Assembly (NCBI GenBank): GCA_003484955.1
Contig: DMZH01000001.1
Coordinates: 87,848-151,847 of the forward strand
Origin: Candidatus Woesebacteria bacterium
GTDB taxonomy: Bacteria; Patescibacteriota; Microgenomatia; UBA8517
Direction of reading: 5' to 3'
DNA length: 64,000 nucleotides
In this document: piece after piece, positions 8,486 to 19,801 of the stretch
Layout: every line of letters starts with the position of its first letter
Numbering within the stretch: position 1 is the first letter of the stretch
The notes under the pieces: model-generated
The model's database searches: none
What the model saw: the letters and a program-made list of their open reading frames with translations, nothing else
Told to the model about the DNA's origin: nothing
Translations under genes and position numbers: made by a program

Positions 8486-10654
8486 TTACCCCCTGGGCAT
8501 TTCTACCTTACCAGACTTTGCAATAATCGCATCACTAATATTCTTTGGAACTTCTTCATAATGGGAAGGCTCCATATAATAACTGGCCCGTCCCTGAGTT
8601 AAGGATCTCAGTTTTGTTGCATAACCTGAAAGTTCAGCCAAAGGAACCATCGCATTGATCACAGTCATCATTCCTTTCTTTTCCGTTCCCCCAACTTGAG
8701 CACGCTTACTGGAAAGGTCTCCAATAACGTCTCCCATAAACTCATCCGGAGTTGAAACTTCAACTTTCATAATGGGTTCCAAAAGAATTGGACTGCTGTT
8801 TTTAAAGGCATCTTCAAGGGCCATTGAGCCGGCAATTTTAAATGCTATTTCGGAAGAGTCAACTTCATGATAGCTTCCGTCATAAACCACCGCTCTCATA
8901 TCAACCATTGGGAAACCTGCCATAACTCCGTTTTCCATTTTTTCTTTAATACCTTTTTCAATCGGGGCAATATACTCATTGGGGATTGCACCACCCTTAA
9001 TTTCGCTTTTATATTCAAATCCTTCACCACGTCCCATTGGTTCAAGCCTAATAAGAGCGTGTCCATACTGTCCGCGGCCTCCTGTTTGCCTGATATACTT
9101 TCCTTCTCCGGTTCCGATCTTTTTAATTGTTTCTTTATAAGCAACCTGGGGGGCACCAGTTGTTGCAATAACATTAAACTCTCTCTTCATCCTATCAACC
9201 AAAACTTCAAGCTGAAGCTCTCCCATTCCGGCAATGATAGTTTGTCCGGTTTCGGGATTGCTTTTGATTCTAAACGTCGGATCCTCATCTGAAAGTTTGG
9301 AAAGTGCCAAACCCATTTTTTCCTGATCGGATTTGGTAGCAGGTTCTATTGCAAGAGAAATAACAGGCTCGGGAAAATTAATAGATTCCAAAACGATGGG
9401 ATGGGAAGGATCACAAATGGTATTACCTGTCGTTGTATCCTTAATACCTACCACAGCTACTATTTCTCCTGCATAGGCAGTCTCGATAAGTTCTCTTTGA
9501 TCGGCGTGAAGAAGAACCAATTTCCCGATTCTCTCCGGTTTTTGCTCCGAAGAATTATAGACTTGCTGTCCCGATGAAAGAGTTCCCGAATAAATTCTGA
9601 CATAAACAAGGCGTCCTACGTGTGGATCGGTCATTACTTTGAACGCAAGGCCGGAAAATGGAGCCTCATTTTTTCTCTCACGGGCTGCTTTTTCACCGGT
9701 TTTGGGATCAATTCCTTCAACGGGTGGAAGGTCAAGTGGAGAAGGCAAAAACTCAACTATTCCGTTAAGAAGAAGTTGACTTTCGGCAGTTCTATTGTCC
9801 CCTCCGAAAACAGGAAAAAACTTCCCGCTGATAACTCCTTTTCTGATTGCTCTTTTGAGAGTTATTTCATCAATTTCTTTGCCTTCCAAGAAAAGGCTAA
9901 GCGCTTCGTCATCAAACTCAGCCGCACTTTCCAAAAGTTCATTTCTATATTTCTTGGCGCTCTCCAGAAGATCCGCTGGAATCTCTTCTTCGCTAAGATC
10001 ATGATCGGTAACATCTTTATAGGTAAAGGCTTTCATCTTAATAAGATCAATGATCCCTCTGTGCTCGTGCTCCAAACCAATAGGGATAATTATCGGAGCC
10101 GCGTTTGCTCCCAGTCTTTCACGGATTGATTTGAGTGATTCATCAAAGTTTGCTCCAATCAGGTTTAATTTATTTAAAACGCAAATTCTTGGAACGTGAT
10201 ATTTGTCGGCTTGTCGCCAAACAGTTTCTGATTGGGATTCAACTCCGGTTCTACCGTCAAAGACCATTAAGGCTCCGTCCAAAACTCTGAGTGACCTTTC
10301 TACTTCGGCAGTAAAATCAATGTGGCCGGGGGTGTCAATAATATTAATTCTGTAGTGTCCCGCTTCAACCGAAGTATTATCCTTTATATCCCAAAATGCA
10401 GTGATTGCAGCAGAAACAATTGTGATTCCGCGCTCACGCTCTTGAGCCATCCAATCGGTAACCGTAGTTCCCTCATCAACAGACCCTAATTTGTAAGTTC
10501 TCCCGGTTTCAAAAAGAAGTCTTTCGGTGGTGGTAGTCTTTCCAGCATCAATATGGGCAATAATTCCGATATTTCTGATTTTCTCATAGGAAACATTACG
10601 GTCTTTTGTTGCCGTAACTACTATTGCTGCCTTTTTCTTTGCTACTTCTGCCAT
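8486..10654 (-). CDS. fusA: Elongation factor G (non-canonical G4/G5 motifs)
   Basis: AHIDAGKTTTTE, ERGITI, DTPGHIDF, GMGELQL, YDGSYHEVDSS; located in the str operon. Confidence 0.98.
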   Translation of the reverse strand: MAEVAKKKAAIVVTATKDRNVSYEKIRNIGIIAHIDAGKTTTTERLLFETGRTYKLGSVDEGTTVTDWMAQERERGITIVSAAITAFWDIKDNTSVEAGHYRINIIDTPGHIDFTAEVERSLRVLDGALMVFDGRTGVESQSETVWRQADKYHVPRICVLNKLNLIGANFDESLKSIRERLGANAAPIIIPIGLEHEHRGIIDLIKMKAFTYKDVTDHDLSEEEIPADLLESAKKYRNELLESAAEFDDEALSLFLEGKEIDEITLKRAIRKGVISGKFFPVFGGDNRTAESQLLLNGIVEFLPSPLDLPPVEGIDPKTGEKAARERKNEAPFSGLAFKVMTDPHVGRLVYVRIYSGTLSSGQQVYNSSEQKPERIGKLVLLHADQRELIETAYAGEIVAVVGIKDTTTGNTICDPSHPIVLESINFPEPVISLAIEPATKSDQEKMGLALSKLSDEDPTFRIKSNPETGQTIIAGMGELQLEVLVDRMKREFNVIATTGAPQVAYKETIKKIGTGEGKYIRQTGGRGQYGHALIRLEPMGRGEGFEYKSEIKGGAIPNEYIAPIEKGIKEKMENGVMAGFPMVDMRAVVYDGSYHEVDSSEIAFKIAGSMALEDAFKNSSPILLEPIMKVEVSTPDEFMGDVIGDLSSKRAQVGGTEKKGMMTVINAMVPLAELSGYATKLRSLTQGRASYYMEPSHYEEVPKNISDAIIAKSGKVEMPRG

Positions 10655-10706
10655 AGTTAGATAGTTTATTAGCTAAGTGGTTATTTGGAAAGAAGAACTT
10701 TTTAAC

Positions 10707-11186
10707 CTACCAGCGAAAATGAGCAAAAGCCTTATTGCTTTCTGCAACTCTTTCCATGTCTGTTCTCTTCTTAACTGCCGCACCTTCCCCTTTAGCGGCA
10801 TCCATTATTTCCGTTGAAAGTTTGGCGCTATAGGTGTGGAATTCTGAATTTGATTTTGAGTTGGCAGCCATTACTAACCATCTGATTGCCAATGACTCAC
10901 GCCTTATTCCACGAACCGGTTGGGGAACTTGATATGCAGCTCCTCCAATTCTCCTTGGCCTAACTTCCATTGTGGGTTTAATATTCTCAATTGCCTGGTT
11001 GAAAACTTTTAATGGATCTTCTCCAGTTTTCTCTTTGATAATATCAAAGGCTTCGTAAATTTCATGTCTGGCAACAGATTTTTTACCGTCATACATACTC
11101 CTATTGATAAGTTTCGTCACAAGCCTGCTTCCATAAAATGGATCCGGCTGAATTACTTTTGGTTTAATTGCTCCTTTTCTTGCCAT
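10707..11186 (-). CDS. rpsG: 30S ribosomal protein S7
   Basis: DGKKSVA, RRIGGAAYQVP, NKAFAHFRW. Confidence 0.98.
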   Translation of the reverse strand: MARKGAIKPKVIQPDPFYGSRLVTKLINRSMYDGKKSVARHEIYEAFDIIKEKTGEDPLKVFNQAIENIKPTMEVRPRRIGGAAYQVPQPVRGIRRESLAIRWLVMAANSKSNSEFHTYSAKLSTEIMDAAKGEGAAVKKRTDMERVAESNKAFAHFRW

Positions 11187-11608
11187 TATTTAGCTCCTCC
11201 CTGTCCTTTTTTGGTTCCATACCTGCTTCTTCCGCTTTGTCTTCCGGAGACTCCGGTTGTATCATACCTGCCTCTAACGACATGGTATTTCACACCAGGA
11301 AGGTCTTTTACACGTCCGCCGCGAACCAGAACAATTGAATGCTCGGCAAGTTCGTGTCCCTCACCGGGAATATAAGCCGTAATTTCCTGCTTGTTTGAAA
11401 GCCTTACCCTTGCGACCTTACGTAGTGCAGAGTTGGGTTTTTTGGGTGTCATTGTACGAACCGCCAAAACAACACCTCTTTTGAAAGCCGAATGACTGTC
11501 GGAAAATTTTCTATTTTTTGCATTAAACCACCTCTTTAAAGCCGTTGTTTTGGTCTTTCTAGCAATTCTCTTTCTACCGATTCTGACTAATTGATTAATT
11601 GTTGGCAT
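11186..11608 (-). CDS. rpsL: 30S ribosomal protein S12 (long-loop type)
   Basis: [29 protein letters not shown]. Confidence 0.98.
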   Translation of the reverse strand: MPTINQLVRIGRKRIARKTKTTALKRWFNAKNRKFSDSHSAFKRGVVLAVRTMTPKKPNSALRKVARVRLSNKQEITAYIPGEGHELAEHSIVLVRGGRVKDLPGVKYHVVRGRYDTTGVSGRQSGRSRYGTKKGQGGAK

Positions 11609-11609
11609 T

Positions 11610-14600
11610 TTATCCTTGTGACATTTGCGCCCTTTCCGGAGTAACCGGAATAAGCCTACCTATAATAACATTCTCTTTCAGTCCTACAAGATTGTCCTCA
11701 CGTCCCAAAAGAGATGCCTCGGTAAGAACGTCGGTTGTCTGTTCAAATGAGGCTGCAGAAAGCCAGCTATCAGTATAAAGTGCACGTCTCGTGATACCCA
11801 AAATAACTTGCTGTGCACTTGATGGTTCTCCACCGGCTGCCAAAACTTTTTCATTTTCCCCATCAAAGCTGGCTCGAGACGTAAGTTCACCCGGCAAGAA
11901 AGGTGTATCCCCCGTTGTAACAATTCTAACCTCGTCGCTCATTTTTCTAACTATTACCTCAACATGTTTGTCGTTAATTGGAATTCCCTGGGATTCGTAA
12001 ACCTTTTGAATTTCATTAACAATATATTCCTGTGCAGCTCTAAGACCTTTAATTGAAAGTATATCCTTAACATCCAGCGCTCCTTTAGCTAAAGCTGATC
12101 CTGCTTCGACTATCTCTCCGTCCTCAATGGCAAGTTCCAATGTCTTAGGAATAATGTATTCCTTTTCTTCCTTGGGAGTTCCCTTAGAAGTTATTGTAAC
12201 TTTCCAACCTTCATCAGTTTCTGAAATGCGGGCTTTACCCGTGATCTCGGATAGAGCTGAAACAACTTTAGGAAGTCTTGCCTCAACTAGCTCTTCAACA
12301 CGGGGAAGACCCTGTGTAACGTCTATTGCGCCGACAACTCCGGCTGCGTGTTTCGTTTTAAGGGTAAGTTGAGTTCCGGGTTCTCCTATTGACTGGGCGG
12401 CAACCACCCCAACCGGAGTTCCAACCTCAACCATACTCTTACTTCCAAGGTCCCATCCATAACATTTAACACAGATTCCATGTCTGGCCTGACATGTCAA
12501 AGGAGACCTGACAAAAACTGAATTTACTCCGGATTCATCTATTTTCTTGGAGGCAGCCTCGTCAATGATTTCCCCTGCCGGTACAATCACGGTTTTACCA
12601 TCTTTTGCGACAACATCCTTAGCGGCAAATCTGCCGAAAAGCCTAGTTGCAAAAACTTGAGATCTAATCCCTTTCTTGATTTCATAGCCGTCTTTTGTTC
12701 CACAATCATCAAGTCTGACAATAAGATCATGGGCAACATCAACAAGCCTTCTTGTCAAATAACCAGCGTCTGCGGTCTTAATAGCTGAGTCGGTTAATCC
12801 TTTTCTGGATCCGCGGGATGAAGTTACGTATTCAAACACGGAAAGACCTTCCTTAAAATTGCTCTTAATGGGTAATTCGACAATCTTACCCATAGGATCA
12901 ACAACGAGTCCGCGGATTGCTGAAAGTTGCTTGACCTGATCCCTGCTGGCACGTCCAACCTTAGCATCAATTACGACACGGATCGGGTTTGTGGGCTCCA
13001 TTTCATTCCAAGTCTTATCGGCCAAATCTTCCGAAACATCAATCCAAACTTCCTGGGTTAGACGTCTCTTTTCCTCAGTTGTGATAAGACCTTGATTAAA
13101 GTTTTCCTCAATTTCGGATACTTTTTTATCAGCTTCTTCCAAAACTTCAGCCTTTTTGGGATAAACTTTTGCATCAAATATTCCAAATGAAATTCCGGAA
13201 ATTGTCCCTCCAAAGAAGCCCAAATCTTTAACATCGTCCACCAGTTGGGTCACCCTTTCCCTGGACACGGTCGAGTAGGCTTTGACAAATAAAGATTTAA
13301 TAACAGATGACGTGACGGACTCATTAATAAAGTCAAAATTCTCCGGCAAAACTTCATTAAAAAGAAGCCTACCGACAGTTGTTTCAACGATCTCTTTACC
13401 AAGTCTGATCTGAATTTTCTGTCTTATTCCTACTTTTCCTGTCTGTTGGACAAAAACTGCTTCATCTTTGTCGGCAAAAATTGTCGGATAGGCCTCAAGT
13501 CTTGTATCAATTGATGTAAGATAAAACGCTCCGAGGGCAATTTCCTTGCTGGAAGGGGTTGCTGCGGGTCCGCCGTCACTAGGTTTAAGCAAATTATTAG
13601 TCGGGAGCATTAATGTTCTTGCCTCTTCAACAGCTTTCTCTGACAAAGGAACGTGTACCGCCATTTGATCTCCGTCAAAGTCTGCGTTAAACCCTGAACA
13701 AACCGCAGGATGAAGCCTGATAGCGCTTCCTTCAATAAGAACCGGGTAAAATGACTGAATTGATAGTTTATGAAGCGTAGGTGCACGATTCAAAAGAACG
13801 GGATGATCTTTTGTAATTTCTTCCAAAATGTCGAAAACCTCCGGCGGACGCCTATCAAGCATATTTTTTGCACTTTTAACATTGGGTGCAATTCCTCTTG
13901 CAATCATTTCTCTTAAGACAAATGGTTTAAACATTTCAAGAGCCATGTCTTTAGGAAGACCGCACTGTGTAAGTTTAAGCTCAGGCCCGACAATGATGAC
14001 TGAACGTCCCGAATAATCAACACGCTTACCTAAAAGGTTTTGTCTAAACCTACCCTGTTTTCCACGAAGCATGTCTGAAAGAGATCTTAGGGGTTGCCTC
14101 CCACGGCTTTTTCTTGTTGCTTTCCTTTGGCTCGCGTCAATTAAGGAATCAACCGCTTCCTGAAGCATTCTTTTTTCATTTCTGAGAATTATTTCAGGAG
14201 CTCCCAACCCGATAAGATGTTTTAGACGGTTATTTCTATTGATAACTCTTCGGTAAAGATCATTAAGATCGCTTGTCGCAAAGCGTCCACCGGAAAGTTG
14301 TACCATGGGGCGCAAATCCGGAGGGAGAACCGGCAAAACTTTCATCACCATCCAAGACGGGTTAACCTTGGCGCGTCTCAGGCCGTCAACAAGCTTTAGC
14401 CTTTTGACAATTTTAATATATTTTGAGCTTCCGCCCTTGGTTGATCCGATTTCTTCACGAAGTGATTTTGAAACTTCCTCCAGGTTTACCTTACCAATTG
14501 CCTCAAGCACTGCGTCGGCCCCCATTTTGGCCGTAAAGAAGTCCGTTGCCGAGTGCTCATAAAGTTCATCAAATTCCTCTTCACTCAAAATACTCAACGG

Positions 14601-15332
14601 ACGGAGTCCTTTGATTATAATATTAAGATTGTCAAAAAGTTCACCCGTTCTTCCAATTGTATTTCTCTCTTCCTCATTTACCGCGGCTTCCTTTTTCCTT
14701 AAATTAAGCTCAATTTCAGCCGTAGCCAGAGAGGCTTGTTCTTTATCTTTAATTTTTGTGGTAATTTTTTCTTTAGCTTCGTTTTCCTCAACTTTTAAGG
14801 CATCCCGCCTGGATTTAAAGTTTTCCGCAATGCTTGTCAGATTTTCTTCTTTGGCTTCCTGAATATTTTTAAGTGCAACTTTTCTACTTTCCTCATCAAC
14901 TTCGGTAACAAGATATCTGGCAAAGTAAATTACCTGTTCAATACCACGGGGTGCTACTCCCAAAAGAAGAGAGATTTTTGAAGGCGCACCTTTGAAAAAC
15001 CAAACATGGGCAACAGGAGTTGCCAAGGTGATATGACCCATTCTCTCACGCCTGACTCTGCTTTCCGTAACTTCAACTCCGCATTTGTCACAAATTACAC
15101 CTTTGTACCTGATCCTCTTGTATTTACCACAGTAACACTCCCAGTCTTTTGTAGGACCAAAAATTCTCTCATCAAAAAGTCCATCTTTTTCGGGCTTTAG
15201 AGTTCTATAATTGATAGTCTCAGGCTTGGTTATTTCACCACGGGACCATGCACGGATTTCCTCCGGAGAGGCAAGCCTGATAAGTAGACTCTTAAAATCT
15301 GTTAAATTTTTTAAATCAGCTAGTTGTTCCAT
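11610..15332 (-). CDS. rpoC: RNA polymerase beta' subunit
   Basis: Zinc finger [18 protein letters not shown] catalytic motif, [13 protein letters not shown]; coiled-coil insert near residues 145-240. Confidence 0.99.
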   Translation of the reverse strand: MEQLADLKNLTDFKSLLIRLASPEEIRAWSRGEITKPETINYRTLKPEKDGLFDERIFGPTKDWECYCGKYKRIRYKGVICDKCGVEVTESRVRRERMGHITLATPVAHVWFFKGAPSKISLLLGVAPRGIEQVIYFARYLVTEVDEESRKVALKNIQEAKEENLTSIAENFKSRRDALKVEENEAKEKITTKIKDKEQASLATAEIELNLRKKEAAVNEEERNTIGRTGELFDNLNIIIKGLRPLSILSEEEFDELYEHSATDFFTAKMGADAVLEAIGKVNLEEVSKSLREEIGSTKGGSSKYIKIVKRLKLVDGLRRAKVNPSWMVMKVLPVLPPDLRPMVQLSGGRFATSDLNDLYRRVINRNNRLKHLIGLGAPEIILRNEKRMLQEAVDSLIDASQRKATRKSRGRQPLRSLSDMLRGKQGRFRQNLLGKRVDYSGRSVIIVGPELKLTQCGLPKDMALEMFKPFVLREMIARGIAPNVKSAKNMLDRRPPEVFDILEEITKDHPVLLNRAPTLHKLSIQSFYPVLIEGSAIRLHPAVCSGFNADFDGDQMAVHVPLSEKAVEEARTLMLPTNNLLKPSDGGPAATPSSKEIALGAFYLTSIDTRLEAYPTIFADKDEAVFVQQTGKVGIRQKIQIRLGKEIVETTVGRLLFNEVLPENFDFINESVTSSVIKSLFVKAYSTVSRERVTQLVDDVKDLGFFGGTISGISFGIFDAKVYPKKAEVLEEADKKVSEIEENFNQGLITTEEKRRLTQEVWIDVSEDLADKTWNEMEPTNPIRVVIDAKVGRASRDQVKQLSAIRGLVVDPMGKIVELPIKSNFKEGLSVFEYVTSSRGSRKGLTDSAIKTADAGYLTRRLVDVAHDLIVRLDDCGTKDGYEIKKGIRSQVFATRLFGRFAAKDVVAKDGKTVIVPAGEIIDEAASKKIDESGVNSVFVRSPLTCQARHGICVKCYGWDLGSKSMVEVGTPVGVVAAQSIGEPGTQLTLKTKHAAGVVGAIDVTQGLPRVEELVEARLPKVVSALSEITGKARISETDEGWKVTITSKGTPKEEKEYIIPKTLELAIEDGEIVEAGSALAKGALDVKDILSIKGLRAAQEYIVNEIQKVYESQGIPINDKHVEVIVRKMSDEVRIVTTGDTPFLPGELTSRASFDGENEKVLAAGGEPSSAQQVILGITRRALYTDSWLSAASFEQTTDVLTEASLLGREDNLVGLKENVIIGRLIPVTPERAQMSQG

Positions 15333-15344
15333 AATCTTGGTATT

Positions 15345-18300
15345 TTAAATCACAACCTCCTCAACTTCCATGGGGCTTTTATCTTCGATCAGCTCTTTCG
15401 TTGCAACAACTTCGGCACCTGCCGCCCTGGCCAGTTCCTCACCTTCAGCAACTTCTTCAATAACTTCTTTAGCAACAACCGCACCTTTAGGATCAATCGC
15501 AAGACCCAAGGAATTAAGCTCGCGGACAAGTACTTTAAAACTTTCAGGAATTGTTGACTCCGGAATCTGAGTTCCTTTAACAATAGCCTCAAACGCTTTA
15601 GCACGTCCCAAAACATCGTCTGATTTGATAGTGAGCATTTCCTGTAAAGTGTGACTTGCTCTGTGAGCTTCAAGTGCCCAAACCTCCATCTCTCCCAAAC
15701 GCTGACCTCCCATTTGAGCTTTTCCTCCAAGAGGCTGTTGGGTAACAAGGGAATATGGACCGGTCGAACGGGCGTGGGTTTTGTCCTCAACCATGTGGAT
15801 AAGCTTCATTATGTATGAAACTCCGACAACAGTTTCTTCTTGAAAAGCCTCACCGGTGCGGCCATCATAAAGTCTTGCCTTCCCGTTAACCGGAAGGCCT
15901 GCTTTCTTTAATTCTTCTGCTATAACATCCGCGCCAATTTTATCAAAAACTGGAAGAGCTCCTTTAATCCCCTCGGATTTCAAAGCCCAGCCAAGATGCG
16001 CCTCCATAAGCTGTCCCAAATTCATACGCGAAATGACGGAAAGGGGTGAAATAAGAATATCAACAGGTGTTCCATCGGCAAGATACGGCATATCTGCAAC
16101 AGGCATAATCTTGCTTACCACACCTTTATTGCCGTGACGTCCAGCAACTTTATCTCCGACGGTAATTTTTCTTATCTGGGCAACCCTGACCATTACTTTC
16201 TTTATTACTCCTGGTCCCAGCTCATCGCCCTTATCGCGGTCAAGAATTTGAACATCAACTACTGTTCCACGCTCTCCGTGAGGAACTCTTAAGGATGTGT
16301 CTCTTACTTCACGGGCTTTTTCACCAAAAATTGCTCTAAGAAGTCTTTCTTCCGAGGTCAGCTCCGTCTCACCTTTAGGGGCAATTTTCCCAACCAAAAT
16401 ATCGTTTGGTCCGACTTCAGCACCAATCATTACTATTCCATCCGAAGCCAAGTTTGCAAGTTCTGCCTCAGAAACGTTAGGTATATCGTTTGTAATCTCT
16501 TCCGGTCCAAGCTTAGTGTCTACCACCTCAGCCTCATATTCCTCAATATGGATTGATGTTAAGAGGTCGTCTTTCACAAGCCTGTCGGAAATAAGAATCG
16601 CGTCCTCAAACCCGTATCCTCCAAGGCTTGTGTATGCAATTGTAAGATTTCTCCCGAGTCCCAACTCGCCATCCTCACTGGCAGGGCCATCAACCAAGAG
16701 ATCTCCCTCGGAAATTTTTTGTCCGGGTTCAACTCTCGTTATCTGATTGTAACAAGTTGAATGTGCCGTGCGCTTAAATTTAGTTAAATAATAAACTTCA
16801 CGGCTTCCGCTCTCTATAATTTCAACATCATCCGTATCGGGTTCCTGATTGCTGATCTTCTTGTCGAGTTTAACAATAACTTTTTCTCCATCCGCAAATT
16901 CAACGGTTCCCGAGTGCTTTGCCCTTATCACTCTTTGCATTCCGGCAGAAATCTCACCCTCCATTCCGGTTCCGACAATAGGAGATTCCGGATTAACAAG
17001 AGGCACAGCCTGACATTGCATGTTGCTTCCCATTAGAGCTCTATTACCCTCATCATTGGCCAAAAACGGAATAAGAGAAGCCGACGCGCCAACCACCTGC
17101 CTTGGAGTAACATCAATATATTCGACCAAGCTTGCCGCACCTTCGATAAATTTACCTTTGTATCTAAGGGGAACTCTTTTGTCAGTGATGTAGCCATCTT
17201 TATCAACATTTACTCCGGAGTGAGTAACATAGTGATCTTCTTCATCGTCGGCAGTTAAGTACTCTATTTCATCCGTAACTCTTGCTTTTTTGCCGACTTT
17301 TTCAACTTTTTTGTATAGAGTTTCTATAAAACCAAATTCGTCAACCTTAGCATAAAGCGCCAGATAGGTAACCAGTCCGATGTTTGGTCCTTCGGGGGAC
17401 CTGATAGGATCAATTCTTCCGTATTGTGATGCATTAACGTCACGAATCGAAAAGCTTGCTCTTTCTCTGTTGATTCCGCCCGTTCCCAAAACAGAGACAC
17501 GGCGAAGATTGTCTACCTCACTAAGAGGATTTGTGTCGTCTAAAATTGTTGATAATTGATTGCTCCTGAAAAATTCATTCAAAGATGCAATTAAAGGTCT
17601 TGCGTTTATTAGAGTGGCTGGGAGAGGTTTATCATCCGGTGAAATTAAGCTCATTTTTTCTTTAACGCTTCGCTCGAGCCTCAAAAGTCCAACTCTGAAA
17701 GCGTTCACCGCGACAAGTTCTCCAACACGCCTCAATCTACGGTTGCTAAGATGGTCAATATCATCAAGCTTTCCTACTCCGTTTTGTAAACCAATGAGGT
17801 AGGAAACTGCTGCAATTGCGTCTTGCCTGGTCAGTACCCAAGTAGCCTTCTCATTTGGCATGCTAATGCCTAATTTTTTATTAATCTTAAATCTTCCGAC
17901 TTTACCGAGATCGTAGCGTCTGCCGTCAGTAAACAGGCTCGCAAAAAGAGATTCTGCATTTTCAAGAACTGCCGGCTCACCCGGCCTCATTTTCCTGTAA
18001 ATCTCGATTAAGGCCTCTTCTTGTGTCTTGGTCGAATCTTTGGCTAAAGTGGCAGCTATGTATTTATGGTCTTTATCGCGATCTATATCTTTGAAAGCGT
18101 CTATTATCATCTGATCCGACTCAACTCCCAGGGCTCTTAGGAATGTTGTTGCCAGAACTTTTCTACGCCTGTCAATCCTGGCATAAATAAGATCTCCCCT
18201 TGTAGTCTCAAACTCAAGCCAACTTCCGTGAAGTGGACGAATTTCGGCTTTATAGAGAACTCTACCGGATGACGGATCAAGCTCACCCGAAAAATAAGCT

Positions 18301-18713
18301 CCCGGGGAACGCACAATTTGATTAATCACTGCTCTTTCAATTCCGTTGATAATAAATGTCCCTGCGTTGGTCATTTGAGGGATATCGCCCAAAAAAACAT
18401 CCTGTGTAACTTCTTGACCAGTTCTCTTGTTTATCAAAGTCGCACGGATTTTAAGGGGAGATGAAAAGGTAACACCTTTTTTCTGGGCAAATCTGGGGGA
18501 TGTTGTAGGAAGTCCTAAGGAGTGATCACCCAAGAAAAGTTGCCAATTTTTACCTGTAAAATCATCGATTGGGGAAACTGTAGTCAGCTCTTCTTTAATG
18601 CCTTCTCCCAAAAACCACTGCCAACTTTCCTTTTGAACCTGACTTAGATTAATTTTTGGTAGATTTTTTTCTTCTTTACCAAAATTTCGACGGGATGATT
18701 TTTGAGCTGTCAT
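15345..18713 (-). CDS. rpoB: RNA polymerase beta subunit
   Basis: GTFIING, PEGPNIGL, GDKVAGRHGNKG, GGQRLGEMEVWALEA. Confidence 0.99.
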   Translation of the reverse strand: MTAQKSSRRNFGKEEKNLPKINLSQVQKESWQWFLGEGIKEELTTVSPIDDFTGKNWQLFLGDHSLGLPTTSPRFAQKKGVTFSSPLKIRATLINKRTGQEVTQDVFLGDIPQMTNAGTFIINGIERAVINQIVRSPGAYFSGELDPSSGRVLYKAEIRPLHGSWLEFETTRGDLIYARIDRRRKVLATTFLRALGVESDQMIIDAFKDIDRDKDHKYIAATLAKDSTKTQEEALIEIYRKMRPGEPAVLENAESLFASLFTDGRRYDLGKVGRFKINKKLGISMPNEKATWVLTRQDAIAAVSYLIGLQNGVGKLDDIDHLSNRRLRRVGELVAVNAFRVGLLRLERSVKEKMSLISPDDKPLPATLINARPLIASLNEFFRSNQLSTILDDTNPLSEVDNLRRVSVLGTGGINRERASFSIRDVNASQYGRIDPIRSPEGPNIGLVTYLALYAKVDEFGFIETLYKKVEKVGKKARVTDEIEYLTADDEEDHYVTHSGVNVDKDGYITDKRVPLRYKGKFIEGAASLVEYIDVTPRQVVGASASLIPFLANDEGNRALMGSNMQCQAVPLVNPESPIVGTGMEGEISAGMQRVIRAKHSGTVEFADGEKVIVKLDKKISNQEPDTDDVEIIESGSREVYYLTKFKRTAHSTCYNQITRVEPGQKISEGDLLVDGPASEDGELGLGRNLTIAYTSLGGYGFEDAILISDRLVKDDLLTSIHIEEYEAEVVDTKLGPEEITNDIPNVSEAELANLASDGIVMIGAEVGPNDILVGKIAPKGETELTSEERLLRAIFGEKAREVRDTSLRVPHGERGTVVDVQILDRDKGDELGPGVIKKVMVRVAQIRKITVGDKVAGRHGNKGVVSKIMPVADMPYLADGTPVDILISPLSVISRMNLGQLMEAHLGWALKSEGIKGALPVFDKIGADVIAEELKKAGLPVNGKARLYDGRTGEAFQEETVVGVSYIMKLIHMVEDKTHARSTGPYSLVTQQPLGGKAQMGGQRLGEMEVWALEAHRASHTLQEMLTIKSDDVLGRAKAFEAIVKGTQIPESTIPESFKVLVRELNSLGLAIDPKGAVVAKEVIEEVAEGEELARAAGAEVVATKELIEDKSPMEVEEVVI

Positions 18714-18796
18714 TATTCCTTGGTAATCATTAAAACACTAAAGACCCGCAATACTGAAGCGGGACGAGCGTACCATTCATGTACGCCTAAGATGGG

Positions 18797-18824
18797 ATTA
18801 TATAGTGAATATATATGTTGTCAA
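18797..18824 (-). promoter_or_regulatory. Sigma70 promoter for rpoBC
   Basis: Minus strand TTGACA-N16-TATAAT. The leader has hairpins GCGTAC..GTACGC and CCCGC..GCGGG. Confidence 0.75.
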
Positions 18825-18838
18825 CACCCAGTTTGTAA

Positions 18839-19789
18839 TTATTTGCCTAAATATTTAGCAATATTGGCATTGTGTTCCTCAAGTGTTTTGGCATAGTGAA
18901 TTAGTCCCTTCTCATCGTGAATATAGTACCAATAATCACTCTCCCTCGGATTAAGGGCAGCTTTTATAGAAGAAAGTCCCGGGCTGGCAATTGGTGTCGG
19001 CGGAAGTCCCTGATTTTTATAGGTATTATATGGTGATTTTATCGATAAATTGTCGAGTGTAAGAATGGGCCACCAGTCCTTAGAAGTGCCTACTGCATAT
19101 TGTACCGCGGCATCAATTTGAAGAGGCCAGCCGGAATTTAATCTTTTAATGAGAATTCCCGCAACAGTCGGGCGTTCCTCATCGGTTTTTGTTTCCCGCT
19201 CAAGAAGAGATGCTAAAACAATCGCCTGGTCAAATGTGAGTTCTGAACTGTTTTTCAGGTTTTGGGTTTTTGAGACAAAAGTGTCTGTAAGTTTTTCTGT
19301 AACAGCAACCGCCGTAACGTCCCTTGGAAAAAGGTAAGTGTCAGGAAAAAGATATCCTTCTTCCCCCTTTGACACTTGCAAAAAATCTGTAATAAAAGAG
19401 TCGTCTTTATTCAAGGTTGCCGCAAATTTTTGAGCAATCTCCTCACGCCTTAAGCCTTCCGGAATTGTTACCCAAAGCTCAACCGGACCTTTAAAAAGGG
19501 TATCAGCCATCTGGAAAAGAGAATATGAAGGAGTTAGTCTGAACTCCCCTGTTTGAAGTTTTCCGGATTGTCCCGTAAATTGCATGTAAAGCTTAAAAGC
19601 CAAAGCGCTTTTTATGAACCCCGCGGATTCAAGTTTATTCCCGATTTGTGAAGCTGACGACCCTTTGGCAATAATAAAATAACTGAATTTTTCCGTGGCG
19701 GAGGGGGCTCCTGAATTTTTATAAAACCAAAAAAATCCTGCGGCTACAATAACAATCAGAAAAAGCGGTAAAAGTAGCAACTTTTTCAT
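18839..19789 (-). CDS. mltG: Endolytic transglycosylase MltG (YceG family)
   Basis: N-terminal TM, VTIPEG, EGYLFPDTY, LASLLERE, LQIDA, SPYNTY..GLPPTPI. Confidence 0.95.
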   Translation of the reverse strand: MKKLLLLPLFLIVIVAAGFFWFYKNSGAPSATEKFSYFIIAKGSSASQIGNKLESAGFIKSALAFKLYMQFTGQSGKLQTGEFRLTPSYSLFQMADTLFKGPVELWVTIPEGLRREEIAQKFAATLNKDDSFITDFLQVSKGEEGYLFPDTYLFPRDVTAVAVTEKLTDTFVSKTQNLKNSSELTFDQAIVLASLLERETKTDEERPTVAGILIKRLNSGWPLQIDAAVQYAVGTSKDWWPILTLDNLSIKSPYNTYKNQGLPPTPIASPGLSSIKAALNPRESDYWYYIHDEKGLIHYAKTLEEHNANIAKYLGK

Positions 19790-19801
19790 AAAAAGAGTAA
19801 G

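Noticed and set aside
14560-14900. Coiled-coil insertion in the beta' clamp region as a novel domain or intein
   Set aside because: It has no intein motifs, and its position and character resemble the known lineage-specific beta' insertion of Actinobacteria and relatives.
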